The translations under genes were made by a program, and so were the position numbers. A DNA stretch of 64,000 bases from Alphaproteobacteria bacterium (GTDB lineage Bacteria; Pseudomonadota; Alphaproteobacteria; SHVV01), in the NCBI GenBank assembly GCA_965247665.1, contig CBDFHH010000004.1:844595-908594 (forward strand), in the 5' to 3' direction. The notes beneath the pieces were generated by a model, which saw only the letters and a list, made by a program, of their open reading frames with translations, did no database searches and was not told the origin of the DNA. How positions within the stretch are numbered: the stretch's first letter is position 1; each line of letters begins with the position of its first letter. Positions 55,709 to 64,000 of the stretch are shown here, in pieces.

Positions 55709-57285
55709 CCACGCGCTGGGGCATGGTCATCGACCTCAACCGCTGCGTCGGTTGTCAGACCTGCGTCGCCGCCTGCAAACACGAAAACGCGACGCCGCCT
55801 GGCGTGCAGTGGCGTAAGGTGCTCGACATCGAGCTCGGTACCTTCCCGGACGTGCAGCGCCTGTTCATGGTGACGGGTTGCCAGCATTGCGAGGAGCCGC
55901 CCTGCGTGCCGGTGTGCCCAACCGGGGCAACGCAACGGCGCCCCGACGGTCTGGTGACGATGGACTACGACCGCTGTATCGGTTGCGCGGCCTGCGTCGT
56001 CGCCTGTCCCTACCAGGCGCGCGACTTGGTCGGCTCGCCCGCTTCCTATTACGGCGGCGAACTCACCGCTCAGGAGCGCGCGGTTACCCATGATGAGCGC
56101 ATCGACGTTGCCACCAAGTGTACGTTCTGCGTCGATCGTCTCGACGCCGGTCTCGAGGCCGGTCTAACGCCGGGCGTGGATCCCGCAGCAACGCCTGCCT
56201 GCGCCGCTTCGTGCATCGCCAGCGCGATTCATTTCGGCGACTTCGCCGAGCCCAACAGCAACGTGTCCAGCTTGGTACGCGATAATAAGAGCTTCCGGAT
56301 GCACGAGGAACTCGGCACTGAACCGCGGATCCGTTATCTCTACGAGTTGCCGACCACGCCGGGCCGCGACGCCGAAACCAACGAAACCGCAGCCACGTCC
56401 GAACCGCTCGCCGGACGCCAACAGACCTATTGGGATTGGAAGGGTGCGATGAATTTCGTCTGCGGCGGGTTGGCGTCGGGCTTTGCCGTGATGGCGTTCC
56501 TGTTCGAGGTCCAGCGCGACAGCAACGATCCGTCGATCCTGTTCCTGATCGCGGCGGTCATCATGGCGGTCGGCCTGGGCTCGCTCTTGTTCAAGATCGG
56601 CCGACCGACCCGCGCCCTCTACGCCGCGCTGCGGCCGGGCTCGTCGTGGATGACGCGCGAACTGTGGGTGGCGGCGATGTTCTTCCCGCTGGTAGTGCTG
56701 AGCCTGCTGACGCGGGAGCCGTGGGCGCACTACCTCATCGGCTTGGTCGCAGTGCTGTTTCTGATCTGCCAGGCGCGCATCCTTTATGCTTGTAGAGGAA
56801 TCCCGGCATGGCGGGCGCCCCAGATCCCGTGGTTGCTGGCGATGACCGGTTTGCTCGAAGGCACGGCGCTTTACGCGGTGGTCGAGCTGGTGGCGCCGAG
56901 TGTGGTCGCGGGCTCGACGTCGTTGCCGCTGATCGGTGCGGGGCTGATAGCGGTCAACGCGATCCTGTGGCGCCGCTATTGCCGCGGCACCGGGGACGGC
57001 GGGATCGGCCGGGCGGCAAGCGATGCGCTGGCGAAGATCACACCGTGGCTGCACGGGGTCGGCCACGCGCTGCCGTTGGTTCTGTTCGCGGTCGCGTTGT
57101 TCGTACCGATCGACGCCGCGCGGATCCTCGCGGGGGTCGGCGGTCTCGCGGCCATCGCCGGCGGAGCGGGGTGGAAGTTCTGGGTGATCCTGCGGGCCGG
57201 CCACCAGCAGGGCTTCGCCCTGCCCAAGGTGCCGCAGCGCGGCTCCGGCGCCTACGCCGCGCCGCCGCGCCTGAAGGTGGCATAG
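55705..57285 (+). CDS. Fused 4Fe-4S ferredoxin-type electron-transfer subunit (DmsB/PsrB-like) + polytopic membrane anchor (NrfD/PsrC-like).
   Basis: N-terminal ~230 aa carry four Cys clusters (CVGCQTCVAAC; CQHCEEPPCVPVCP; CIGCAACVVACP; CTFC...C). The C-terminal ~290 aa carry 8-9 hydrophobic helices. Overlaps the catalytic-subunit stop by 4 bp. Confidence 0.8.
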   Translation: MTTRWGMVIDLNRCVGCQTCVAACKHENATPPGVQWRKVLDIELGTFPDVQRLFMVTGCQHCEEPPCVPVCPTGATQRRPDGLVTMDYDRCIGCAACVVACPYQARDLVGSPASYYGGELTAQERAVTHDERIDVATKCTFCVDRLDAGLEAGLTPGVDPAATPACAASCIASAIHFGDFAEPNSNVSSLVRDNKSFRMHEELGTEPRIRYLYELPTTPGRDAETNETAATSEPLAGRQQTYWDWKGAMNFVCGGLASGFAVMAFLFEVQRDSNDPSILFLIAAVIMAVGLGSLLFKIGRPTRALYAALRPGSSWMTRELWVAAMFFPLVVLSLLTREPWAHYLIGLVAVLFLICQARILYACRGIPAWRAPQIPWLLAMTGLLEGTALYAVVELVAPSVVAGSTSLPLIGAGLIAVNAILWRRYCRGTGDGGIGRAASDALAKITPWLHGVGHALPLVLFAVALFVPIDAARILAGVGGLAAIAGGAGWKFWVILRAGHQQGFALPKVPQRGSGAYAAPPRLKVA

Positions 57286-57426
57286 GCTCTCTGCGCGGCC
57301 GCCCGCCGAACGACGGGGAGACAATGGTTCGACCGTCAGCTTCGACGAGATGTATGCCACCGCGTACGGCCCCGGCGCACTGGCGGTGCGTTCATCCCTG
57401 ACCGCGACCTGCGTCCGGAAGGCTCG

Positions 57427-58746
57427 CTATGCTTCCTTCGGCCGCAGATCGACGATTCGCTTGGCCTTGCCGATCGAACGCTCGACCGAATCGGGCTCCA
57501 TCACGTTTACGGTTACGGTAATGCCGATGCGCGATTTGATGTGGCCGGCGAGATCAGCACCGGCGGCCATACGGGTCGCTTCGTCGCCGGCGCTGCACTT
57601 CGCCTCAACCACAACCGTGAGATCGTCGAGCCGGCCCTCGCGTCGCACCTCCAGGAAATAGTGCGGTGACAGGCGCTCATCCTCGAGCAGAATCTCCTCG
57701 ATCTGGGTCGGGAACAGATTGACGCCGCGGATGATCAGCATGTCGTCGCTGCGGCCGGTGACCTTTTCCATGCGCCGCATTGAACGCGCCGTGCCCGGCA
57801 GCAGCCGGGTGAGATCACGGGTTCGGTAGCGGATCACCGGGAACGCTTCCTTGGTCAGCGAGGTGAGGACGAGTTCGCCGACTTCGCCGTCGGGCAATAC
57901 GGCGCCGGTCGCCGGATCGATGGTCTCGGGGTAGAAGTGATCCTCCCAAATGTGCAGCCCGTCCTTGGTTTCGACGCATTCAGCGGAAACGCCGGGACCG
58001 ATCACTTCCGAGAGCCCGTAGACATCGATCGCTTGGAGATCGAAGCGCACTTCGATCTCGCCGCGCATCGATTCGGTCCACGGTTCGGCGCCATGAACGC
58101 CGATCCGAAGCGAGGTCGCGCGCGGATCGAGGCCCTGGCGTTCGAACTCATCGGCGATCGCCAGCATGTAGGACGGCGTTACCGCCATCACGGAGGGCTT
58201 GAAATCGTTGATGATCTGGACTTGGCGCTCGGTGAACCCGCCCGACACCGGGATAACCGTGCAGCCCAGGCGGCTGGCGCCGTCATGGAACCCCAAGCCG
58301 CCGGTAAACAGGCCGTAGCCGAACGCGACGTGGACGATGTCGCCGGGCCGCGCGCCCGCGGCGCGCAGCGACCGCGCCATTACGTCGGCCCACATGTCGA
58401 GATCGTTCCGGGTGTAACCAATCACGGTCGGCACGCCGGTGGTCCCACTCGACGCATGTACGCGAATCACCTGCTCGCGCGGCACCGCAAACATCCCGAA
58501 AGGATAGTTCCGGCGAAGATCGTCCTTGGCGGTAAAGGGGAACCTGGCGAGATCGTCGAGCGCCGTGAGATCGGTCGGCCCAACCCCGGCGGCATCGAAC
58601 GCGTTCCGATAATGCGCGACGTTGTCATAAGCGTGCTTAAGCGTCTTTTTCAAGCGTTCGCGCTGCAGCGCGGCGATTTCGTCGCGGCTGGCGATCTCGA
58701 TCGGTTCGAGCTCGTCGCGGTCCGGGGGTTGAACGGCGGTGTTCAT
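57427..58746 (-). CDS. paaK: Phenylacetate-CoA ligase (PaaK) family adenylate-forming enzyme.
   Basis: ATG at 58746 (MNTAVQPPDRDELEPIEIASRDEIAALQRERLKKTLKHAYDNVAHYR...), SSGTTGVPT P-loop, C-terminal ACT-like tail; 439 aa. Confidence 0.85.
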   Translation of the reverse strand: MNTAVQPPDRDELEPIEIASRDEIAALQRERLKKTLKHAYDNVAHYRNAFDAAGVGPTDLTALDDLARFPFTAKDDLRRNYPFGMFAVPREQVIRVHASSGTTGVPTVIGYTRNDLDMWADVMARSLRAAGARPGDIVHVAFGYGLFTGGLGFHDGASRLGCTVIPVSGGFTERQVQIINDFKPSVMAVTPSYMLAIADEFERQGLDPRATSLRIGVHGAEPWTESMRGEIEVRFDLQAIDVYGLSEVIGPGVSAECVETKDGLHIWEDHFYPETIDPATGAVLPDGEVGELVLTSLTKEAFPVIRYRTRDLTRLLPGTARSMRRMEKVTGRSDDMLIIRGVNLFPTQIEEILLEDERLSPHYFLEVRREGRLDDLTVVVEAKCSAGDEATRMAAGADLAGHIKSRIGITVTVNVMEPDSVERSIGKAKRIVDLRPKEA

Positions 58747-58771
58747 GTCCGACCTCTTCGCATAGCGACGA

Positions 58772-60292
58772 TCAGTCGGCGGCATCTGCGACCTGCTCCC
58801 TCAATTCGAACTTCAGCACCTTGCCCATGCTGTTACGAGGAAGGGCGTCGACGAATATTACGTCCTTTGGATGCTTGAAACGCGCCAGCGCGCCTTCAAA
58901 CCGGTCGATCACGGCCTGTTTGTCCTGGAAGTCGGCGTCACGGGGCACCACGACGGCGACCGGCACCTCGCCCCATTTGCTGTCGGGCCGGCCGACCACC
59001 GCGGCCTCGACGATGTCGGGACAGCCGGCGAGCACGTCTTCGAGCTCGGCGGGGTAGATGTTTTCGCCGCCGGAGATGACGACATCCTTGGCGCGGTCGT
59101 CGACATAGAGATAGCCCTCGGCGTCCCAATGGCCGATGTCGCCGGTACGCAACCAGCCGCCTGCGGCGAAAGCCTCGGCGGAGGCTTGCGGATTGTTCCA
59201 ATAGCCGGTGGTGACGCCCGGGCCGCGCAGCAAGATTTCGCCGCGGATATCGGCGCCGACATCGTTGTCGTCGGCGTCGACCACCCGCGCCTCGCAGTAG
59301 GGCGCCGGCTTACCGCAGGAGCCGATTTTGCGCTCGGCATCGGCGACGGGCGTAACGGTCGATACGGGGCCGCTTTCGGTCAGCCCATAGACCTGTGTTA
59401 CCGGAATGCTCCGGTCGAGCCAGGCACGCAGCAACTGCCTCGGGATGGTCGACGAGCCGGTCGTGAACATGCGCAGGCTGGAAAGATCGGTTTGCAGCCA
59501 GTCGGGATGATCGATCAGCGCCTGGATCATTGCCGGCACCGCGATGAATAGGGTCGGCCGGCGTTCCGCGATCAGCGCCAAGGTGGTCCCGGGATCGAAG
59601 CGCGGGGCGATGGTGACGGTGGCACCGAGATGCAGCGCCGGGGTGGTCTGGATATTGAGACCCCCGACATGGAACATCGGGATCGCCGTGAGCACGTGGT
59701 CGTCGCGGGTCATCCCGAGGGTTAGGGTCGCGTTGACGGCGTTCCAGAACAACGCCGATTGCGACAGCATCGCACCCTTGGGTCGGCCGGTGGTGCCCGA
59801 TGTGTAGACGATCAGCGCCGTCGCTGCGTCGCGATCGTCGCGCGCCGAGGCGACGGTGTCGGCGTCCGACACGATGTCGCGGAAGTCGAGCCAATCGCCG
59901 TACCGGCTGCCAAGGGCAATGCAGCGGATGCTGCCGAGCCTGTCGGCAACCGCCGCCGCGGTGTCGTAGAACGGCTCCGCGACGAACAGCAGTTTCGGGG
60001 TGCTGTCGCCAAGAATGAACTCGTACTCGCGTGCCGCGAGGCGCCAATTCAGCGGCGTAAGCGCTGCGCCGAGGCGGGCGCAAGCGAACAGGAGCTCAAG
60101 GATCTCGGGCCCGTTATAGCCGAGGTAGGCGACGCGGTCCCCTTCGGCGACGCCGAGCTCGTGCAACCCGCCGGCGAGCCGAGCGATGCGTCGGGCCAAC
60201 CACGCATAGGTGATGTCGTGGCCGGCGCCGTGCAGCGCCACCTTGTCTCCGTTCCACGCCGCCGCGTGGTCGATCCAGCGCGAGATTTCCAT
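58772..60292 (-). CDS. AMP-dependent synthetase/ligase (acyl- or aryl-CoA synthetase).
   Basis: YTSGTTGRPKGAML, TGD, GEICIRG-like ILLRGPGVTTGYWN, C-terminal lid with SMGKVLK; ATG at 60292. Confidence 0.85.
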   Translation of the reverse strand: MEISRWIDHAAAWNGDKVALHGAGHDITYAWLARRIARLAGGLHELGVAEGDRVAYLGYNGPEILELLFACARLGAALTPLNWRLAAREYEFILGDSTPKLLFVAEPFYDTAAAVADRLGSIRCIALGSRYGDWLDFRDIVSDADTVASARDDRDAATALIVYTSGTTGRPKGAMLSQSALFWNAVNATLTLGMTRDDHVLTAIPMFHVGGLNIQTTPALHLGATVTIAPRFDPGTTLALIAERRPTLFIAVPAMIQALIDHPDWLQTDLSSLRMFTTGSSTIPRQLLRAWLDRSIPVTQVYGLTESGPVSTVTPVADAERKIGSCGKPAPYCEARVVDADDNDVGADIRGEILLRGPGVTTGYWNNPQASAEAFAAGGWLRTGDIGHWDAEGYLYVDDRAKDVVISGGENIYPAELEDVLAGCPDIVEAAVVGRPDSKWGEVPVAVVVPRDADFQDKQAVIDRFEGALARFKHPKDVIFVDALPRNSMGKVLKFELREQVADAAD

Positions 60293-60437
60293 GGCTATGT
60301 CGCGCTCCCGCAAAAGAACGCGGAATCATTGGCACAGGGGTTGCACCCGTTTCTCAGGGTCCCCGCTCCCGAGGATTGGAAGAGGGACCAGGGCAGCCGT
60401 TTGCAATCTCGGCGGGGTGAAGTGTTGCCGTCCGACA

Positions 60438-62753
60438 TCACGCTATGTCCGAGCAGTCCACTTTCCCCTTCAACGCGCGCAGCACACGCTCGGGCGTCAG
60501 CGGCAATCTGGTGAAGCGGATGCCGATCGCGTTGTAGACGGCGTTCGCCACCGCCGGCGCCATGGCCACAATGGGCGCCTCGCCGATCCCCTTGGCGCCG
60601 TAGGGGCCTTCAGGATCGTTGGTCTCGATCAGGCCGATATCGATATCCGGGATCTCGGTCGCCGTGAACACCTTGTAGTCGGCGAAGCTGGGATTGAGCA
60701 CCCTGCCCCGGTCGATGAGCAGGTCCTCGGTGAGGGCGTAGCCCGCACCCATGATCACACCGCCTTGGATTTGACCCTCGATGCCGAGTTGATTGATGAC
60801 CCTGCCGACATCGTGAACGCTCGACACTTTGAGCAGGCGCACGATGCCGGTCTCGGTATCGACCTCGACTTCGGCGATCTGGCAGGCCCAAGTGTAGGCG
60901 GCGGAAACATCGCCGCGATTGTTCTCGTCCTGCATCACGCTGGGCGGCTCGTAGTAATCGGAGACGACGATCACATCGCCGTCCTCGCGATCGAAGTGCA
61001 GCGAGCGCAGCAACTTGTCGAGTTTGATCACGGCCACCCCGTTGTCGGCCTGGACCACGTGGCCGCCGCGCAGATCGAGTGCTGCGGCCGGCACGTTCGC
61101 TTGGCGCGCGGCTTCTTCAAGGATCAGCTCGCGGGCCTTGCGCGCCGCGCGGAGGGCCGAGTTGCCGGCGATGAAGGTCGAGCGGCTGGCGTGCACGCCC
61201 ACGTCCCACGGCGCGACCGCGGTATCGTTGGCAATGACGGTGACGTCGTCGGGCCGGAGCCCGAGCTCCTCGCCGATGATCTGAGTCAGCACCGTATCCA
61301 GCCCCTGGCCGATATCGGTGCCGCCACTGATCGCGGTGGCGTGGGCGAAATCGTCGAGCTTGAGGATCGTGCCGCAGCCGTCGGAGAGATAGATTTTGGC
61401 GCCGCCGCCGACATGGATGGTGGCGGCGATGCCGATACCCTTGCGGATCGCGCCGGTGGTCGTGGGTTGCGCAAGATTGGCGCGGTGCTTTTCGGCAAAG
61501 CCGCTGCGCTTGGCCGCCATCGTCAGGCACTCACGAAAACCGCAGGTCGTAAATCTGGTGCCCTGCGGCCCGACATCGCCGCGCTCGTGCGCGTTGCGCA
61601 GCCGAAACTCGAGCAGGTCCATGCCGATCGCGTCGGCCAGGCGGTCCATATGGCTTTCGACCGGAAACGTCGCCTGCAGGTTGCCGAAGCCACGGAACGA
61701 TCCGCTGTAGGGATTGTTGGTGTAGACAATGGTGGTCTTGTAACGGCAGTGGGGCAGCCGGTAGAGCGAGGCGAAGGTCATCATCATCACCAGCGGCGTG
61801 CGCGCGCCCCATGACACGTAACCACCATTGTCGTGCATGGTTTGCACGTCGCGGAAGGTGAGGGTGCCGTTCTTGCGGGCCCCGCTGCGCAGGGTAACCT
61901 CAACCGGTTGCCGGGTGGGCGAAGCGATGAACTCCTCTTCGCGGTCGAATGCGATCTTGACGGGCCGGCGCGTCGCTCGGGCCAGAAACACCGCAATCGG
62001 CTCGAACGGATAGATATCGAGGCGGCTGCCGAAAGCGCCGCCGATCGTTGGCTGGATGATGCGGATCCGACCGGGGTCGACGGCGACCACCGGTGCGATC
62101 TCACGACGGTAGAGAAACGGCACTTGGGTCTGCGAATGGATGGTCAGATTGCCGCGCGCGTCGAACGCGGCCATCACCGCACTCGCGCCCATGCAACAAT
62201 GGGTGACGAACTGCATCTCGAAGCGGTCTTCGATGATGATTTCGGAGTCGCGCTCTCCCTGCTCGATGTCCCCGTGCCCGTAATTAATCACATCAACGAC
62301 GTTGCCCGGCCGCGCCTCGTGGATGGTCGGCGCGCCCTCTGTCAGCGCAGCCTCGGTGGAGAAGACGCTCGGAAGGTCTTCGTAATTCACCTTGATCAGC
62401 GACAGAGCCTCGTCGGCGATTTCCTCGCTATCTGCCGCAACCGCGGCGATCTCATCGCGAATGCAGCGCACCTTGTCGCCCTTCAACGGCGGATTGTCTT
62501 TGGCGAAGCCGAGGGGAACGCCAGGCGTATCCGCCGCGGTGATGACCGCGTGCACGCCGGACAGAGCTCTGGCAGCACTGGTGTCGATGTCGAGGATGCG
62601 GGCGTGGCTGCGGTCGGCGCGCAGCACCTTGCCGATCAGCATGCGCGGAATGACCAGGTCCTGGAGGTAGGTCGCGCGGCCGCTGGTCTTGTCGGGAGCG
62701 TCGCGCTTGGTGATCGGTTTGCCGATCAGCGTTTCCCCGGCGACCTCCGTCAT
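60438..62753 (-). CDS. Xanthine-dehydrogenase-family molybdopterin-binding large subunit (aldehyde oxidoreductase / CoxL-type).
   Basis: ATG at 62753 overlapping the small-subunit stop (ATGA). MTEVAGETLIGKPITKRDAPDKTSGRATYLQD...; 771 aa. The track's 886-aa ORF includes a rejected upstream extension. Confidence 0.9.
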   Translation of the reverse strand: MTEVAGETLIGKPITKRDAPDKTSGRATYLQDLVIPRMLIGKVLRADRSHARILDIDTSAARALSGVHAVITAADTPGVPLGFAKDNPPLKGDKVRCIRDEIAAVAADSEEIADEALSLIKVNYEDLPSVFSTEAALTEGAPTIHEARPGNVVDVINYGHGDIEQGERDSEIIIEDRFEMQFVTHCCMGASAVMAAFDARGNLTIHSQTQVPFLYRREIAPVVAVDPGRIRIIQPTIGGAFGSRLDIYPFEPIAVFLARATRRPVKIAFDREEEFIASPTRQPVEVTLRSGARKNGTLTFRDVQTMHDNGGYVSWGARTPLVMMMTFASLYRLPHCRYKTTIVYTNNPYSGSFRGFGNLQATFPVESHMDRLADAIGMDLLEFRLRNAHERGDVGPQGTRFTTCGFRECLTMAAKRSGFAEKHRANLAQPTTTGAIRKGIGIAATIHVGGGAKIYLSDGCGTILKLDDFAHATAISGGTDIGQGLDTVLTQIIGEELGLRPDDVTVIANDTAVAPWDVGVHASRSTFIAGNSALRAARKARELILEEAARQANVPAAALDLRGGHVVQADNGVAVIKLDKLLRSLHFDREDGDVIVVSDYYEPPSVMQDENNRGDVSAAYTWACQIAEVEVDTETGIVRLLKVSSVHDVGRVINQLGIEGQIQGGVIMGAGYALTEDLLIDRGRVLNPSFADYKVFTATEIPDIDIGLIETNDPEGPYGAKGIGEAPIVAMAPAVANAVYNAIGIRFTRLPLTPERVLRALKGKVDCSDIA

Positions 62754-63226
62754 GGCGTCGCTTCCGTCGCGGCAACGATCGCCTCGACGATCTTGCCGTA
62801 GCCGGTGCAACGGCAGACATTGCCCTCGATCTCGCGCTTGATCTCGTCCTCGCTTGGCTTGGGGTTGCGTGACAGCAGGTATTTGGTCTGCATGATCATG
62901 CCCGCGGTACAGAAACCGCACTGTACCGCCCAATTGTCGACGAAAGCCTGCTGGATCGAATCCAACCCGTCGGCCGAGTCCAGGCCTTCGATCGTCACCA
63001 CCTCGCGACCGTCGCAATTGACCGCCAGCAGCAGGCAGCCATTGACGCTGTCGCCGTCGATCAGGATTGTGCAGGCGCCGCACTGGCCCTCGCCGCACGC
63101 GATCTTGCCGCCGGTCATTTCGAAATGCGCCCGCAGCATGGTCATTGCGTTCATGTGGACGGGCACGCTGGCGGTAACCGCGCGGCCGTTCAGCGTGAAG
63201 CGAATTTCACGCGTTGCGGAAGTCAT
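62750..63226 (-). CDS. (2Fe-2S)-binding small subunit of the XDH-family enzyme (CoxS-type).
   Basis: ATG at 63226 with RBS. MTSATREIRFTLNGRAV..., plant-type cluster CGEGQCGACT and second cluster CGFCTAGMIM...CRCTGY; 158 aa. Confidence 0.9.
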   Translation of the reverse strand: MTSATREIRFTLNGRAVTASVPVHMNAMTMLRAHFEMTGGKIACGEGQCGACTILIDGDSVNGCLLLAVNCDGREVVTIEGLDSADGLDSIQQAFVDNWAVQCGFCTAGMIMQTKYLLSRNPKPSEDEIKREIEGNVCRCTGYGKIVEAIVAATEATP

Positions 63227-64000
63227 CCAGCAATCTCCGGAGGAACACGCCGACCAGCTCGCGCCGGTACCAAGCGGAGGCCCTGGCATCGTCCAGCGGG
63301 TCGACCTCGCCCAGCGCCGTGGCGACGGCGTCGGTGATTCGCGCCGCGCTGATTTCCCGATCCGCCAGTACGCCCTCGGTACGATCGGCGCGCACGGCGT
63401 TGGCGGCAACCCCACCGAACGCAACCCGCGGGTGGCGTAGGATCCCACTATCGACAACCGCCGCAACGCCGACCGAAGCAACCGTGATATCGAGGGCAAC
63501 CCGGCTGCCAGATTTCCGGAAACCGCCGCGCAAGTCGAGCGCCGACGCCGGGATGGAGATGGCGGTTACGATTTCGTCGTCGTCCCGTGCGGTTTTCTCC
63601 GTGCCGACCAGAAAATCGCGCAGCGGCAGCGAGCGGCGGGCTGTGCCCTCCTCCCTCCAGCTTGCCAGCTCGACCGTGGCGTCGAGCAGCAGCAGCGGCA
63701 CGTTGAGATCAGCGGAGGGCGAGGCCCAACAGAGATTGCCGCCGATGGTGCCGAGGTTGCGGACTTGGCTACATGCCATCTGGCTGGCGGCGGATGCAAG
63801 AACCGGCACCTGCATGGCCAGAGCGGCATCGTCGATAAGGTCGCGGATGCGGGTCAGCGCGCCGATGCGGATCCCATCGCCGCCGCGATCGACGCCGCGT
63901 AGTTCCTGCAGTCGTTGCAAATTGATCAGCGTCGCCGCGTAGGCCAAGCGGCCGGCCTGGGCCTCCCGGACGACGATCGTCCCGCCGGCCACGAGCGTCG
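63207..64000 (-). CDS. FAD-binding medium subunit of the XDH-family enzyme (CoxM-type). N-terminus lies beyond the window end.
   Basis: LAGGTIVVRE...GIRIGALTRIRDL..., CO-dehydrogenase-flavoprotein C-terminal domain. Overlaps the small-subunit start by 20 nt. Gene order M-S-L. Confidence 0.8.
   Translation of the reverse strand, partial: TLVAGGTIVVREAQAGRLAYAATLINLQRLQELRGVDRGGDGIRIGALTRIRDLIDDAALAMQVPVLASAASQMACSQVRNLGTIGGNLCWASPSADLNVPLLLLDATVELASWREEGTARRSLPLRDFLVGTEKTARDDDEIVTAISIPASALDLRGGFRKSGSRVALDITVASVGVAAVVDSGILRHPRVAFGGVAANAVRADRTEGVLADREISAARITDAVATALGEVDPLDDARASAWYRRELVGVFLRRLLDDFRNA

Noticed and set aside
56164-57360. 398-aa minus-strand ORF
   Set aside because: Antisense to the FeS/membrane-anchor gene; Arg/Pro-rich.

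Overview
This 64-kb window is an accessory-type region with no rRNA, tRNA or CRISPR arrays. It consists of two compositionally distinct blocks joined at a degraded IS3-family remnant.

Block A (about 1-18.1 kb) is moderate-GC by eye, with A/T-richer third codon positions. Its plus strand carries a catabolic cluster: a GntR/HutC regulator, an M20 peptidase, an F420/luciferase-like oxidoreductase, an alpha/beta hydrolase, an HDAC-family amidohydrolase, a BMP-family ABC transporter (substrate-binding protein, double ATPase, two permeases) and an orphan xanthine-dehydrogenase-family molybdopterin subunit. Its minus strand carries an HcnCAB / opine-oxidase-like three-subunit flavoenzyme and an NMT1/THI5-like protein.

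At 18.12-18.44 kb sits the 5' remnant of an IS3 orfA with a premature stop. Immediately after it the sequence switches to clearly higher GC by eye; I could not compute the GC profile. Block B (about 18.5-64 kb) is a cyclic-amide / hydantoin utilisation island. The core observation is a module present in two diverged copies: isochorismatase-family (N-carbamoylsarcosine-amidase-like) hydrolase(s) + hydantoinase/oxoprolinase HyuA + HyuB + a paralogous 4-TM membrane protein. In both copies HyuB carries an extra N-terminal domain of roughly 100 aa that I read as a Rad52/Mgm101-like fold. A third copy of this domain occurs as a standalone 161-aa protein.

Block B also contains: a dipeptide epimerase + DUF1611 pair; a COG0523 GTPase + small Cys protein + polysaccharide deacetylase; a degenerate peroxiredoxin; a 942-aa flotillin with an internally expanded repeat region; a polyamine-type ABC transporter with embedded GST; D-hydantoinase; an M20 carbamoylase; an Old Yellow Enzyme; a livM-family pseudogene; DUF1194; a Tat-less molybdopterin oxidoreductase with a fused FeS/membrane subunit; PaaK; an acyl-CoA synthetase; and a CoxM-S-L-type xanthine-dehydrogenase-family operon (FAD subunit truncated by the window end).

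Many long ORFs in the supplied six-frame track within the high-GC block are antisense or extension artefacts and are listed under rejected items.
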